From the IMG/VR virus record IMGVR_UViG_3300028048_001599: 64,000 nt of DNA. One strand, written 5' to 3'. The stretch is from a virus. Lineage: Duplodnaviria > Heunggongvirae > Uroviricota > Caudoviricetes. This document shows positions 40,001 to 50,126 of the stretch, piece after piece. Under the pieces are notes generated by a model. It ran no database searches. It was given only the letters and a program-made list of their open reading frames with translations, and had not been told where the DNA came from. The position numbers and the translations under genes are program-made. Numbering within the stretch: position 1 is the stretch's first letter; each line of letters begins with the position of its first letter.

Positions 40001-43000
40001 ATGGCAAAGATGTTTTATAGTTGTCAAGCTTTAAAGTTTGTAGACATTAGTGGTTTAGAAACTTCAAATGTTCAAGATATGTCATATTTATTCTATCTTT
40101 GTCATCGTTTAACTTCTTTAAATTTAAGTACTTTAAGCACAGATAGTGCAACAACTATGAAATCTATGTTCCAGGATTGTCATCGTATGGGTACTTTGAA
40201 TTTAAGTGGATTTACGAATACATCAAATGTTACAGATATGTCGTACATGTTTGACCATTGTGGGTATACTCCAAGGTTAAGTGAGAATTATTCTGATTCT
40301 CCTACTGATAAAGGTTATGGCTTAATTGAGGGCAGACCGCAAGATATGTACTTTAAAGGTTCATTCAATATAATTGGTATAAATAATTTTGATACATCTA
40401 GTGTAACTACAATGAACCATATGTTTGCAACTGCTGGACCTGTACTTGGAGTTTCACTTTCTGTTACTATTCATAATTCTGAAGATACGGGTAAACCTCA
40501 TCAGTTTACATTTGATTCTAATTATGCAGAGGGTGAAGAGTTAGTTGAATTATATGCACCATATTATATCAGGTATTATGATGGGGTAATGGACACTAAG
40601 CAAATGAGTATTATTGCTACAGGGCTGGATGAAGAGACTTATATGGTTCAGACTGGTGCTAATATTGCACATGTTGAAAATGGTATTGGTGTCGATGAGT
40701 ATATGGAACTTGTACCTATTGAAAAATGTACTAATTCTTTTTACTGGTCGATGGATTTATCAGGTTGGAATACTTCTAATGTAACTGATATGGAAATGAT
40801 GTTTTATAATGCACAGTTTTTAAGAGATTTGAACATTTCTAATTTTGATACAACTAGAGTAACTAAGATGTGTTTTGTACCTGAGCCTGATGGTGTTTTC
40901 ACTGATTTTAGTCCTTACACTAAAGGTATGTTTGAAGATTGTTTTTCATTACGGTCTTTAGATTTAAGTGGATTTAATACATTGTCTATAACGAATGCGA
41001 GTTTATCCAGAATATTTAAAGATTGTATGGAGTTAACAAGTATTAGTTTTGGTTCTAACTTTTTCACTTCAAATATAACTTATGCTGGGGATATGTTTAT
41101 TAATTGTAAAAATCTATTATCTATAGATGCATCGCATTTTGATTTTTCAAATATAAAAAATATGAATGGACTGTGTGCTTATTGTTTTAAATTGCAGAAT
41201 TTTGATTTAGGTACAGGATATTCGATTGAGAATTGTAATTATGCCCGTTGTTTATTCTTAAATTGTTATGACTTGGTGACATTAGATTTGATGGGTGATT
41301 TTGATACTTCTGCAAATGCAGGGGATTATGCTACACCTAATATGGATTATGCATTTTATAATTGTGAGAGTATTGTTTCATTAGATTTTGGTGATAATTT
41401 TTATTACAAGGGTAATGGAGACAAGATGTTCTATAATTGTAAGGATTTAATATACTTATATTTAGGGGATTGTTGTACACCTAATTCAATTAAAGAAATG
41501 TTTAGTGGTTGTGAAAGTTTGCGAGAATTAACATGGTATACATCTTTTAATGGTACTTATTATAATAATAATAACTCATCTGAATTTAAAGGATATTCAG
41601 ATGTAGAGGGGTTATTTAAAAATTGTAGATCTTTATACTATTTGGATATTAGTGAATTACCACTTGATGAGCCGACTTCCACAAAGGAAATGTTTTATAA
41701 TTGTAGTTCATTAGATACATTAATGTGGAATGGTCCTGATACATCTAGTGTAAAGGATATGTCTTACATGTTCTGTAATTGTTCTGCTGAAATCACCTTT
41801 GATTTAGATACTTCCAGTGTAACGGATATGACCAGTATGTTTGATAAATATGGATATACAGGTGAATTACATGTAGATAATTTTGATACATCATCAGTTG
41901 AGAATATGTCGTATATGTTTAGGGGTTGTAAAGCAGAAGTAATAGGTTTGGATAACTTTGATACTTCAGCGGTGACCGATTTTTCATTTATGTTTTCTGA
42001 GTATGAAAATGATTTACAATTAGACATGAATACCTCTGGTGGTAATATAAAGAGGATGTTTTATAAATTTAAGGGTGAAACTTTGGAAGTAGATAATCTT
42101 AGTGCTGCTAATGTTACAGACATTTCATATTTATTTGCTGAGTCATCTGTAAAGAATTTGACAGTTGGTATTATAGGTTCTAATAATGTTAGAAACATGT
42201 CGTACTTGTTTAGTAACTGTAAGCATATGGAGTCGTTAACAATAACGAGTATAGATACTACTAAAGTTACTAACATGACTGCAATGTTCAGTTCATGTAA
42301 AAAGATTACTGAATTGGACTTAACAAAGTTTAATACTGCCAGAGTTACTAATATGACTAACATGTTTGTAAATAGTAATTTATTGGAGACTATTAAAATA
42401 TCTTCTTTATGGGATGTTACTAGAGCTACAAGAAGTGCATCGATGTTTGATAATTGTACAAGTATTAGGGGTAGTAATGGTACTACTTATAATAGTTCTT
42501 ATACGGATAAAACTTATGCAAGAGCTGATACAGCGGCTAATCCTGGTTATATGACTTTGGTAATGTCTACAGGGAGTGGTGCATCAGCAGTAACAATTAA
42601 GACAACATCATCTTCTGCAAGTGGTGAATCATACTGTACTGCCACAGATGCACATGAATTTCATGTAGATGGACCGGATGACCAAACATATGTATTTGAT
42701 GGTTTAAAACAAAATCAGGTATATTATGTATGGGAAGAGCCAATGGAACATTATAATACGGATCATGGTTATGATAATCCTTTGATTTTATATAACGAAT
42801 CTGGAACAATTACAAATACAGAAGATATCAAAACATATGATATAACACTTCAGAAAGAGTTGTATAATAAAGCAGGAGATTATAGTGGACTTATAGAAGA
42901 AGACTATCGTAAAACTTTTGAAGTAAAGGTAACATTTGGTACTGGGGTAAAGAAAGAAACTACTGAACTCGGACCTGCTGGTTTATTACTTAGTCCTGTA

Positions 43001-44767
43001 AGTGGTACATATTATGTTGACCATATATTAAGAGATAATACAGTAATTACACAAAAAATCAGTTTTGTGGGTGGTTCATATACTTTCTCACTTAAAATTG
43101 GTGAAAAGTATATAATAAAGAATGTACCAGAGAGTAGATATTTTAGTGTACAAGAGATATTATCAGGTACGGATAAAAATAAATACTCAGTAAATTTTGA
43201 AAGAGATGGTACGCAGATATCCAAGGTTATTGCTACTAATGCATATCCAGACACTAATGTATCTTATGCTCAAACATCTAAGAATGGTAACGATGTTGAT
43301 ATTACAATAATTAATACTAAGAAATATGCTTATGATTATAATTCGAGTGTGGATGTAAAGATAAAGAAGGAAGTCATAGGTAATGTAATTGATGCATCAG
43401 AGGAATTTAAGTTTGGTATGTATTTAACAGATTTAATACCTTATCAAGAGTATAGACTTGTTAGTGATATAGTAGGTAAGGCAGATGTAGTAATAACAGC
43501 CGACGATAAAGGGGTAGCGTTTATTGATTTTTCAATGGTTAAAGATGAAACTGTTTCAATTAATCTACTTGTCGGTAGTAAGTACAGAATTGTAGAAGAA
43601 GGCGGAGATTATAGGTCTTATTATAATATTGTAGATGCTAATAATGGAAATAATATAAAGAGTACATCAGGAGCTGTTTGGACAAATAATAAGTCCTTGG
43701 TAACGGATGAAGAAATAGTAGATAGTAATGAGGAAGTTACTATAACATATACTAACTATAAGTATGTTACACAAAACATTTCTATCAGAAAAGAAACTAC
43801 TTTAAGTTCTGAAAATAATCAAGATAAGTTTTCATTTAATGTAAATCTATATGGGTTAGACGCAGATTCAAGTATAGATTCGAACGTGGGTAGTTTTAGA
43901 GTTGATGGCGATGGCAACTTGGATATTGATATTATAATGAATAGTCAAGATGAAATAATTTTATATAATATACCAGTAGGTGTAGAATATAAAGTAAAGG
44001 AGCGAGAATCTGCGTATAAAGCATCTTATACTGTTATGCATGGTGATAGTGTAGTAGAGTCTAACAGTAATAATACCACATATACACCTTTGGAAACCAC
44101 ATTAAGGACTATAGAGGCTTATAAAGATGTTGTAGTGACTTTTGTAAATAGTCGAGAAGGATGCGATGTTACAATAACAAAGAATGTTGATATGACATAT
44201 GGATTATTAACTAAGCCCGAATACTATGAAAAGGAATTTAGTTATCATATTGTATTAAGCAATCTTACTGGTACATTGCATGACTTGGAGACTGAATTTG
44301 CATATTTAAATACTACAGGTGGCGAAGATATAAAGCCCTTAAATGAACTTATAGGTGAACCAGAGGATAGTGTAATGTCAGAGGTTGAATTTGATATAAC
44401 CTTAAAGAATAAAGGGGTATTTAAGATACGATATTTACCTGTAGGTGCTAATATAAGTATAACGGAACAAGCTGATAATTTCTATGTTATTTCGTGTAGT
44501 GTTAGTGCTAACGACGGTGCTGTATTACAAGCAAGTGATGTACAAAATATAGATTATGAGATGCCATTAACTGTTTCTGAAACTATAGATAGCACGGATT
44601 CTGATATATACTTTGATTTCTTAAATACATATAAATTTAATTCATATATACTGCCAGCAGCAGGTATGAACAATTACTGGTACGTGCTATATGGGGTAGC
44701 ATTTATAATGTTAATATTGACTCTTGCTTATACTTACAGTAGTTATAAGAGAAGACAGGAGATATAG
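37043..44767 (+). CDS. giant cell-surface adhesin (SpaA/Cna-B-like Ig repeats, BspA/DUF285 leucine-rich repeats, sortase-type anchor); probably 5'-truncated
   Basis: K...L..V.F.L...G.Y.L.E..AP.GY repeats; many FDTSSVT.M..MF repeats; C-terminal LPAAG + TM + KRR. No signal peptide, and the frame is open from 36812. Confidence 0.88.
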   Translation: MYIDQQGGEFYDIFPEGATLDISSLKVYVDNKMVNEADYTYSIDENFNNSNKIMLAIKINKEAKNGYTVYYNTIHSWENINDFGDKALNSVMYKSCNETFSTGKKLNQGDIYYSDLFENLSYDDVSSEDRDKRLFAFSEHSYIIDVPIAVSAGLKKSVKAGDSLVYSSSETIRGKVPYTYNIRYATDSETRAKNIVIFDNLDNYVENHTRGVLTSIDVSELKKLGANPKIYCSEQDIDFSIEANRSLSNNNWSSYENSNLSKVKSIAIDVSKDSKGNDFVLDYNKAIHIYIKMYVNELSEDVEKNKIYNGVHSVSDFLIENNVSNRYVQWGYTVLDCRSAAQFSIKKVDEADSSKALSNVRFILTGVSDYSGDVYKLKTTNNNGIIDFGMLEKGNYSLYEYDYANPDYFVNSLVFDIVVDANNNIKVNGNSINLPYVIGDTRRIHNDIQFNKRDLVNKSVALENVKFVLTGTSDYSTKVFEYASSDSDGIVKFENIEKGTYALKEVKTKTGYVINTAEYKVTIDDNAQVNIMKDGNNLNIDSNGLLTVYNEPQHRLVIHKVGTIQNAGGDVDDVAGAKINLLGGTVDGDSVDITLTTDSNGLAIFNGLHSGSYNLVEVEAPEGYTVNSNIYTVTIKPEGITVDGLEQDAQGNYLLVDKEAGTLEIHKKWIDSSTNNREEPVIHVTTSMPSWSVQFDKSKLKRETYATASGNVSWTDITGFEYTSLSDRDNQILADLRMLVRTNPPNVYTVDDYTLYRVDDGATQFVLYAYVGSDKKLYWWTNARDVYMCSDCSHLFDGTKIESFDIQYTNVNNKSGANIKFNKTLDLSYMFANSELKTMCSYLAADNVITAKGMFAGCQDLAFTDTTAIECQRWKQKEDDWVREDVTLYSYKFSLGDSSNLEDISSMFEGTELKYGPRGFECEALDLNELNVSAVQNMSRMFKDSNVKPAFKSWENTVVNDMTEMFYNNTTIEVVELPHVVSSIDYMAKMFYSCQALKFVDISGLETSNVQDMSYLFYLCHRLTSLNLSTLSTDSATTMKSMFQDCHRMGTLNLSGFTNTSNVTDMSYMFDHCGYTPRLSENYSDSPTDKGYGLIEGRPQDMYFKGSFNIIGINNFDTSSVTTMNHMFATAGPVLGVSLSVTIHNSEDTGKPHQFTFDSNYAEGEELVELYAPYYIRYYDGVMDTKQMSIIATGLDEETYMVQTGANIAHVENGIGVDEYMELVPIEKCTNSFYWSMDLSGWNTSNVTDMEMMFYNAQFLRDLNISNFDTTRVTKMCFVPEPDGVFTDFSPYTKGMFEDCFSLRSLDLSGFNTLSITNASLSRIFKDCMELTSISFGSNFFTSNITYAGDMFINCKNLLSIDASHFDFSNIKNMNGLCAYCFKLQNFDLGTGYSIENCNYARCLFLNCYDLVTLDLMGDFDTSANAGDYATPNMDYAFYNCESIVSLDFGDNFYYKGNGDKMFYNCKDLIYLYLGDCCTPNSIKEMFSGCESLRELTWYTSFNGTYYNNNNSSEFKGYSDVEGLFKNCRSLYYLDISELPLDEPTSTKEMFYNCSSLDTLMWNGPDTSSVKDMSYMFCNCSAEITFDLDTSSVTDMTSMFDKYGYTGELHVDNFDTSSVENMSYMFRGCKAEVIGLDNFDTSAVTDFSFMFSEYENDLQLDMNTSGGNIKRMFYKFKGETLEVDNLSAANVTDISYLFAESSVKNLTVGIIGSNNVRNMSYLFSNCKHMESLTITSIDTTKVTNMTAMFSSCKKITELDLTKFNTARVTNMTNMFVNSNLLETIKISSLWDVTRATRSASMFDNCTSIRGSNGTTYNSSYTDKTYARADTAANPGYMTLVMSTGSGASAVTIKTTSSSASGESYCTATDAHEFHVDGPDDQTYVFDGLKQNQVYYVWEEPMEHYNTDHGYDNPLILYNESGTITNTEDIKTYDITLQKELYNKAGDYSGLIEEDYRKTFEVKVTFGTGVKKETTELGPAGLLLSPVSGTYYVDHILRDNTVITQKISFVGGSYTFSLKIGEKYIIKNVPESRYFSVQEILSGTDKNKYSVNFERDGTQISKVIATNAYPDTNVSYAQTSKNGNDVDITIINTKKYAYDYNSSVDVKIKKEVIGNVIDASEEFKFGMYLTDLIPYQEYRLVSDIVGKADVVITADDKGVAFIDFSMVKDETVSINLLVGSKYRIVEEGGDYRSYYNIVDANNGNNIKSTSGAVWTNNKSLVTDEEIVDSNEEVTITYTNYKYVTQNISIRKETTLSSENNQDKFSFNVNLYGLDADSSIDSNVGSFRVDGDGNLDIDIIMNSQDEIILYNIPVGVEYKVKERESAYKASYTVMHGDSVVESNSNNTTYTPLETTLRTIEAYKDVVVTFVNSREGCDVTITKNVDMTYGLLTKPEYYEKEFSYHIVLSNLTGTLHDLETEFAYLNTTGGEDIKPLNELIGEPEDSVMSEVEFDITLKNKGVFKIRYLPVGANISITEQADNFYVISCSVSANDGAVLQASDVQNIDYEMPLTVSETIDSTDSDIYFDFLNTYKFNSYILPAAGMNNYWYVLYGVAFIMLILTLAYTYSSYKRRQEI

Positions 44768-44771
44768 TGTG

Positions 44772-44806
44772 AAATAGCACCGTGTAAAAAGCGGTGCTAT
44801 TTTTTA
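44772..44806 (+). terminator. intrinsic terminator
   Basis: AAATAGCACCG/CGGTGCTATTT stem followed by a T-tract. Confidence 0.85.
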
Positions 44807-45064
44807 TATTTATTTCATACATATTTTTATAATATAGTATTATCATTATTTTATTTCATTGTTTATCAAATTAAACCAAAAAATCCGTAAATTTTTAAGT
44901 ACTTATGTAATTTTCGATAGAACAATGATTAAATCGGTATAGCAACAAGTATAAAAAGTCATAAACTTTTATAGATTATAAGTGAGTAACAAAATATGAC
45001 ATTTTTAATGAATTTCAATACATCAGTTTTTGAAAATTTCTAATATTACCATACATAAAAAATA

Positions 45065-45097
45065 AATGACCGATAGATTCATTGTCTATCGGTCATT
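45065..45097 (-). terminator. intrinsic terminator of the minus-strand gene
   Basis: AATGACCGATAGA/TCTATCGGTCATT stem with an A-tract on its left. Confidence 0.8.
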
Positions 45098-45110
45098 CTT
45101 ATATGACTTA

Positions 45111-45530
45111 TTAGATTACAATAACAAATTCTCTGGTATTGACATTATACCCTAATTTGTAGTCTGTATTGTGGTCGGAGTTGTACTTGTCGAGTAACTC
45201 AAAGATTGGGTGAATTTTAGCTGTACTGGTATTTGATTTCTGTGTTGATAAAATAATCGTTTCAATAACAGGGGTATCTACGTCGTTTATAACCCATGTT
45301 CTATCAAGACATACGATATTTAATACTTCCTGTCCATCTTCAACAATTGTCTGAATTGGGAGGACATTGCACTTAGTCGTTGCTACTTTTTTATCCTGTA
45401 GCACATTGTAAAGTTTTGCTCTGTTAATAAGATAGTTGTCGATGTTATTGTCATACTCGTTTTCGTGACAAATAACAAAGATATTAGGCTCAGTAAGGGG
45501 GTATAGACTTTTGTTCTTAGTGTTTGACAT
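45111..45530 (-). CDS. hypothetical protein
   Basis: 139 aa, RBS AAAGGAG, TTTACA-17-TATACT promoter on the minus strand, and a terminator. Confidence 0.8.
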   Translation of the reverse strand: MSNTKNKSLYPLTEPNIFVICHENEYDNNIDNYLINRAKLYNVLQDKKVATTKCNVLPIQTIVEDGQEVLNIVCLDRTWVINDVDTPVIETIILSTQKSNTSTAKIHPIFELLDKYNSDHNTDYKLGYNVNTREFVIVI

Positions 45531-45637
45531 TTGAAAAACTCCTTTGTTTTAAGATTGTAAGTATAGTATACCGTAGGTTTATCATTTTGTAAATAAATTT
45601 TTAAAAAATAATTTCAAAAATATTTTTAAACATGGTA

Positions 45638-45666
45638 TTGACAAATTCTGAAATTTATGTTATAAT
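45638..45666 (+). promoter_or_regulatory. consensus sigmaA promoter
   Basis: TTGACA-17bp-TATAAT with an extended -10. Confidence 0.85.
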
Positions 45667-45901
45667 ATAGAAAATGTAACTATTGTGCCTGGTGTTTATA
45701 ATTTTGATACATTGACTTATAATTGTTCACTTGAATATTTATATGACACTTTTGACTTTCTATTTTCTGAAACTTGTATTTTCAACAAATTGTAGGTTTC
45801 ATTTTTGTTATAGTTGTATATTGATTTTTATAATAGAATAGAATAAAATAGAATAAGGTAATTGATTAATGGTATCAATAAATACATAGGTGGGGTAATA
45901 A

Positions 45902-46108
45902 ATGCAAACAAAATTCTTTTACTATCGTAAGGTTCGTTATAACATGACTTTAAAAGAGGTGTCAAATAGGACAGGTATACCTTTAGCATCAATAATAAAG
46001 TATGATAATGGTGAAGTACCAATGGAGAACGCATCTTACAAGCGTGTGAAACTTTTGTCACAATTGTTTAATTGTAGCACAGATGATTTAATAGGTTATA
46101 TAGAATAG
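45902..46108 (+). CDS. XRE/Cro-family HTH regulator
   Basis: R....MTLKEVS.RTGIPLASIIKYDNG...LSQLFNCSTDDLIG. Confidence 0.88.
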   Translation: MQTKFFYYRKVRYNMTLKEVSNRTGIPLASIIKYDNGEVPMENASYKRVKLLSQLFNCSTDDLIGYIE

Positions 46109-46201
46109 GGATAACAAAAGTTCTGACCAGGCTACAAGTTGTTCTGTAGCTTGACACTATGGACGTGTTCAAAGACATTCAGTGAATTGGAGGACTTAAA
46201 A

Positions 46202-46957
46202 ATGATATTTATAACAGGTGATTGTCACGGTGAGTTCAAGAAATTCTCAACAAGTAAATTTCCAGAGCAAAAAGAGCTTACACGTGATGATATAGTAATA
46301 GTGTGTGGTGACTTCGGTATCTGGCATGACATACCAACAGAAAGATATTGGTTCAACTGGTTATCTGAAAAACCATTTACAATTGTATTTGTAGATGGTA
46401 ACCATGAGAACTTTGACCGGTTGTACTCAGATGAATTTCCTGTAGTTGATTTTTATGGTGCTAAGGCACAGAAAATCAGAGACAATATATTTCACCTAAT
46501 AAGAGGTAACATCTATGAATTTGAAGGTAAGACGTTTTATGCTTTTGGTGGTGCAGCTTGCCATGATATACAAGATGGGGTATTAAATCCTGCTGACTTT
46601 AAAACAAAATCGGAACTTAATGATTTAGCTAATAAGTGGTATAGACAAGGTAAGATGTTCAGAATAAAAGGTATATCTTGGTGGGAACGTGAGTTACCAA
46701 CACAAGAGGAGATAGACACAGGTATTAAAAATCTTAAAACGGTTAATAATTCGGTAGATTACATAATATCTCATTGTCTACCATTAGAGATAGAAGTAGC
46801 AGTAACAGGGGTAGATGAACCAAACATTCTGACGAATTACTTTGACGATGTAGCAAATAATGTAAGCTTTAAGAAATGGTTTTGTGGTCACTATCATGTA
46901 AATATATGTGTCGATGACAAATACTGGGTACTTTATGAGAAGATTATAAAACTCTAA
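46202..46957 (+). CDS. calcineurin-like metallophosphoesterase
   Basis: Motifs GDCHG, CGDFG, DGNHE, ISH and GHYH. RBS GGAGG before the ATG at 46202. Confidence 0.92.
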   Translation: MIFITGDCHGEFKKFSTSKFPEQKELTRDDIVIVCGDFGIWHDIPTERYWFNWLSEKPFTIVFVDGNHENFDRLYSDEFPVVDFYGAKAQKIRDNIFHLIRGNIYEFEGKTFYAFGGAACHDIQDGVLNPADFKTKSELNDLANKWYRQGKMFRIKGISWWERELPTQEEIDTGIKNLKTVNNSVDYIISHCLPLEIEVAVTGVDEPNILTNYFDDVANNVSFKKWFCGHYHVNICVDDKYWVLYEKIIKL

Positions 46958-46971
46958 GGAGGGGAATAAAT

Positions 46972-47388
46972 ATGATAATTGTTAATAGTGACTGGGCTAA
47001 AAGAATAGAATGTCCATGTTCTTTTAGAACATGTTATATGTACCATAACGGGGTTTGCATCGGTGAAATAACAGAGGAAACAAATGATGCATTAGAGACA
47101 GATTATGTATTTAAAATATACTGGGATAAATGGGAGAGCGTCGGAGAACCAGATATAGAGGGATTAGATACTGATTTAAGACTTAAAGAATATGTCAGAA
47201 GTGGAATAATACCTCAGTTTATCTCAATAAGAGTTCCACCAGATGGTCGTGAGGATATACCTGATAGGATGCAAAGAACTGGTATGACAGGTGAATGGGA
47301 CTTTTGGGAGTACATGATTCGTAATAATGGTAGATGTTCATCAAGTGTAATTTTAGTAGGAAGAACACCTTATGAAAATATACAGTAA
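46972..47388 (+). CDS. hypothetical protein, possibly HipA N-terminal-like
   Basis: IGEI...YVF...PQFISIRVPP.GREDI...G...D.WE....NGR pattern. Confidence 0.5.
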   Translation: MIIVNSDWAKRIECPCSFRTCYMYHNGVCIGEITEETNDALETDYVFKIYWDKWESVGEPDIEGLDTDLRLKEYVRSGIIPQFISIRVPPDGREDIPDRMQRTGMTGEWDFWEYMIRNNGRCSSSVILVGRTPYENIQ

Positions 47389-47399
47389 GGAGTGATAAT

Positions 47400-47669
47400 A
47401 TGCATTGGTACAATCCTGTAAAAATAGATGATAGTTCATACTTTAGACAGGCGAAAAAGAATAATTGTAGGGCGAAAATATACTATGACAGAGGTGTATT
47501 TTGTTTTGTAATCAATGATATACTGACATCGCAGGTATTTCATAGTAGAAAAGAGGGGTATACATTCAGCACATTTGAAGAATGTGCGAAGGCTTGTGAA
47601 AATCAACTTGACAACATTATAGCTAATAGGTACATGAACAAATTGAAAAAAGAACGTTATTTTGTATGA
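47400..47669 (+). CDS. hypothetical protein
   Basis: 89 aa, RBS AAGGAG. Confidence 0.7.
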   Translation: MHWYNPVKIDDSSYFRQAKKNNCRAKIYYDRGVFCFVINDILTSQVFHSRKEGYTFSTFEECAKACENQLDNIIANRYMNKLKKERYFV

Positions 47670-47899
47670 ATATTGTATGGGGGTTAAAATGAAGTTAAGC
47701 AAAGAGGTATACGGTAGTTTGGTCATCACAACTACAAAAAGAGGTATAGCAGATAATGGTGTAAATGGTAGACGTTTTATAGACGTTGAGGGCGCTTTTA
47801 ATACTTTTGTAGAGTGGGGCTGGTAATACGTGTTGAAAAATGTAAGTTAATTTAAAGTTGTTATGTTGTAACATAAATAGTTTTAATGCATAAGAAGGA

Positions 47900-48898
47900 G
47901 TGATAAATATGTTTTGTCCGAATTGTGGGAGCGAGTATTCAGTTGAGAACAAATTTTGTACTATGTGTGGTTTTAAATTTAAAAACTCTGTAAATGATAC
48001 TACTTCATTAGAAAAAGATACACTTGCTAAGAAAAACATTGGAATAGTCATCGGATTAATTGTTGGTGGGGTTGTTACTGTAGCTGTGATAATACTTGTA
48101 TTGTTCTTTTTTATTTTCAAAGGTGAAAATTTTTCAAAAGATTTCATTGTAGGCACATGGGTTTCAACAGAAAATAGTGGTCATAGTATAATTTTTGAAA
48201 ATGATGGAACAGGTACTTTTGATTCAGATGATGGATTGCATATAAATTTTGAATATGGGGTAACTGATGATAATGATTTAATAATAAAGGAAATGTCAAT
48301 GTTGGGTTCGTCTTTTGGTCATCCTATATCTTGCAAACTTGATGCATCTGCAAAAACATTTAGCACAGGTATTTTTTCTGCATCTTCAAGTTTTTGGAGT
48401 AGCACATGGTATATAGATGGTGACAATCTTTATCTGGACGGCGAGATTCTTACCAAAAAAGGTTTGTCTAATGAGATTTCTTCAGATTCAGAGTACACTA
48501 TTGAACATGGACAGAGTAAAGTTACAATACCAAAGATTATTTGGGGAGAGAGTGAAGCTGAGGCTTTGAACAGTGCTTGTAAGACGGTTTATATAGGAGT
48601 TAAGGATGGAACTATTAATAAAGGTGCTGTTGGTTGTTCAAGTTATTACTGGGCACCGTCTGCCGATGCATCCAGGTATGAAAGAAGTTCTACCGCTGAA
48701 GGTTTGACAGTTGACAATGCTATGAGTTATAATGGTCTGCACACAGACCTTTCTATGATGGTGTATGTTATATCTGATAATTCAAGTTATTCTATGGGTA
48801 CTATTCTTTATAAGTATGACCCCGTGATATCTCAGGATAGTCTTGACGTTGAATCTTTAACATCAGATATAACACTTGGAACACTTTATAAGAATTGA
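47900..48898 (+). CDS. zinc-ribbon membrane-anchored protein
   Basis: MFCPNCG...FCTMCG, a single TM, and an IVGTW...DGTG extracellular domain. Confidence 0.85.
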   Translation: MINMFCPNCGSEYSVENKFCTMCGFKFKNSVNDTTSLEKDTLAKKNIGIVIGLIVGGVVTVAVIILVLFFFIFKGENFSKDFIVGTWVSTENSGHSIIFENDGTGTFDSDDGLHINFEYGVTDDNDLIIKEMSMLGSSFGHPISCKLDASAKTFSTGIFSASSSFWSSTWYIDGDNLYLDGEILTKKGLSNEISSDSEYTIEHGQSKVTIPKIIWGESEAEALNSACKTVYIGVKDGTINKGAVGCSSYYWAPSADASRYERSSTAEGLTVDNAMSYNGLHTDLSMMVYVISDNSSYSMGTILYKYDPVISQDSLDVESLTSDITLGTLYKN

Positions 48899-49112
48899 TA
48901 CATAAAGTATAGTCACATGGTGCATATTTTAATACTGAGAGTGTTTGTACCTATGGGTTTTGTAAAGGAAGTATTGATTAAGTTTATATTTTTCACATCG
49001 TCATAAATAGGTCTACGGCTCGATTTAAGGCATTTTTAGTTGTCGTGTCAAGTTCCTCATTTAAGGGCGAAAAATGGTTCAGAAAGGTTTACAGCGAAGG
49101 AGAGAGTGGTTT

Positions 49113-50126
49113 ATGAATTATATGGATAAAATCAGCGGTCAGGAATATAATTTTCTTAGAGAGAATAAACATTTAGGTGATAGAATCGGGATGTTGTGTG
49201 TTTCAGGTAGTTACGGTTATGGTACAAACATAGATGGTTCAGACTTAGATTTGAGGGGTTTCGCACTTCCAACCGAACGTGACATCATTCTTGGTAACGA
49301 CTTTGGTCAGGTAGAGGATAGGACTACTGACACAGTAATTTACTCATTCGATAAAATAGTTCACTTATTATCCGAATGTAACCCAAATGTCATTGAGTTA
49401 CTTGGTTTACCTCCAGCGAACTACCTCATTTGTAATAAAATAGGTATGATGTTAAATGCTCACAGCAGCATGTTCCTATCAAAACTTGCAGTGAACACAT
49501 TTGGTGGTTATGCAAACCAACAACTTCGTAGGATTCAGAACAAGTCTGCAAAGAAGATAACACAGGAGGATTTTGAGAATTACATCTTGCAAACAATAAG
49601 ACATTCAGAGTTTAATTACAAGGAGAAGTACGGTATAGACCTTGTAAACAAAATCAAGGTTTACATTGACAAATCTAAAAAAGAGAATTTAGACGTGGAG
49701 TTATTTTTAGATTTTGACATAGAGCACATGCCATTACGTGACGTCACTTCTTTTGTTTCAGATATGAACAACATAATCAAAATGTATAACAAAACAGGCG
49801 GACGTAATAACAATGCTATAGTGCACGATAAATTAGGTAAGCACATGATGCATCTTGTTCGTTTGTATTATACTTGCTTTGATATACTTGAAAAAGGTAA
49901 AATAATAACATACAGACCCGAACGTGAAGAATTATTAAAAATAAGGAACGGGTTATATTTAGACGGTGACACTCCAAAGCCCGAATTTACCGAATTTGTA
50001 AATAAACTAGAAGCACGCCTCACTTATGCTAAGGAAAACACAGATTTACCCGATAAACCTGACATGAATAAAATTAATGACTTTAAGTATTCAGTATACA
50101 AGCAAATAATAAACGATATAGGCTAA
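49113..50126 (+). CDS. Pol-beta-superfamily nucleotidyltransferase (Nuc-transf/YcgL-like)
   Basis: SGSYGYGTN..GSDLDLRG, NPNVIELL, GYA..Q and KHMMHLVRL. Confidence 0.88.
   Translation: MNYMDKISGQEYNFLRENKHLGDRIGMLCVSGSYGYGTNIDGSDLDLRGFALPTERDIILGNDFGQVEDRTTDTVIYSFDKIVHLLSECNPNVIELLGLPPANYLICNKIGMMLNAHSSMFLSKLAVNTFGGYANQQLRRIQNKSAKKITQEDFENYILQTIRHSEFNYKEKYGIDLVNKIKVYIDKSKKENLDVELFLDFDIEHMPLRDVTSFVSDMNNIIKMYNKTGGRNNNAIVHDKLGKHMMHLVRLYYTCFDILEKGKIITYRPEREELLKIRNGLYLDGDTPKPEFTEFVNKLEARLTYAKENTDLPDKPDMNKINDFKYSVYKQIINDIG

Noticed and set aside
39712-43254. Several minus-strand ORFs inside the adhesin
   Set aside because: Antisense shadows of a long real gene, with no RBS or motifs. The same applies to most short minus-strand ORFs in the track.
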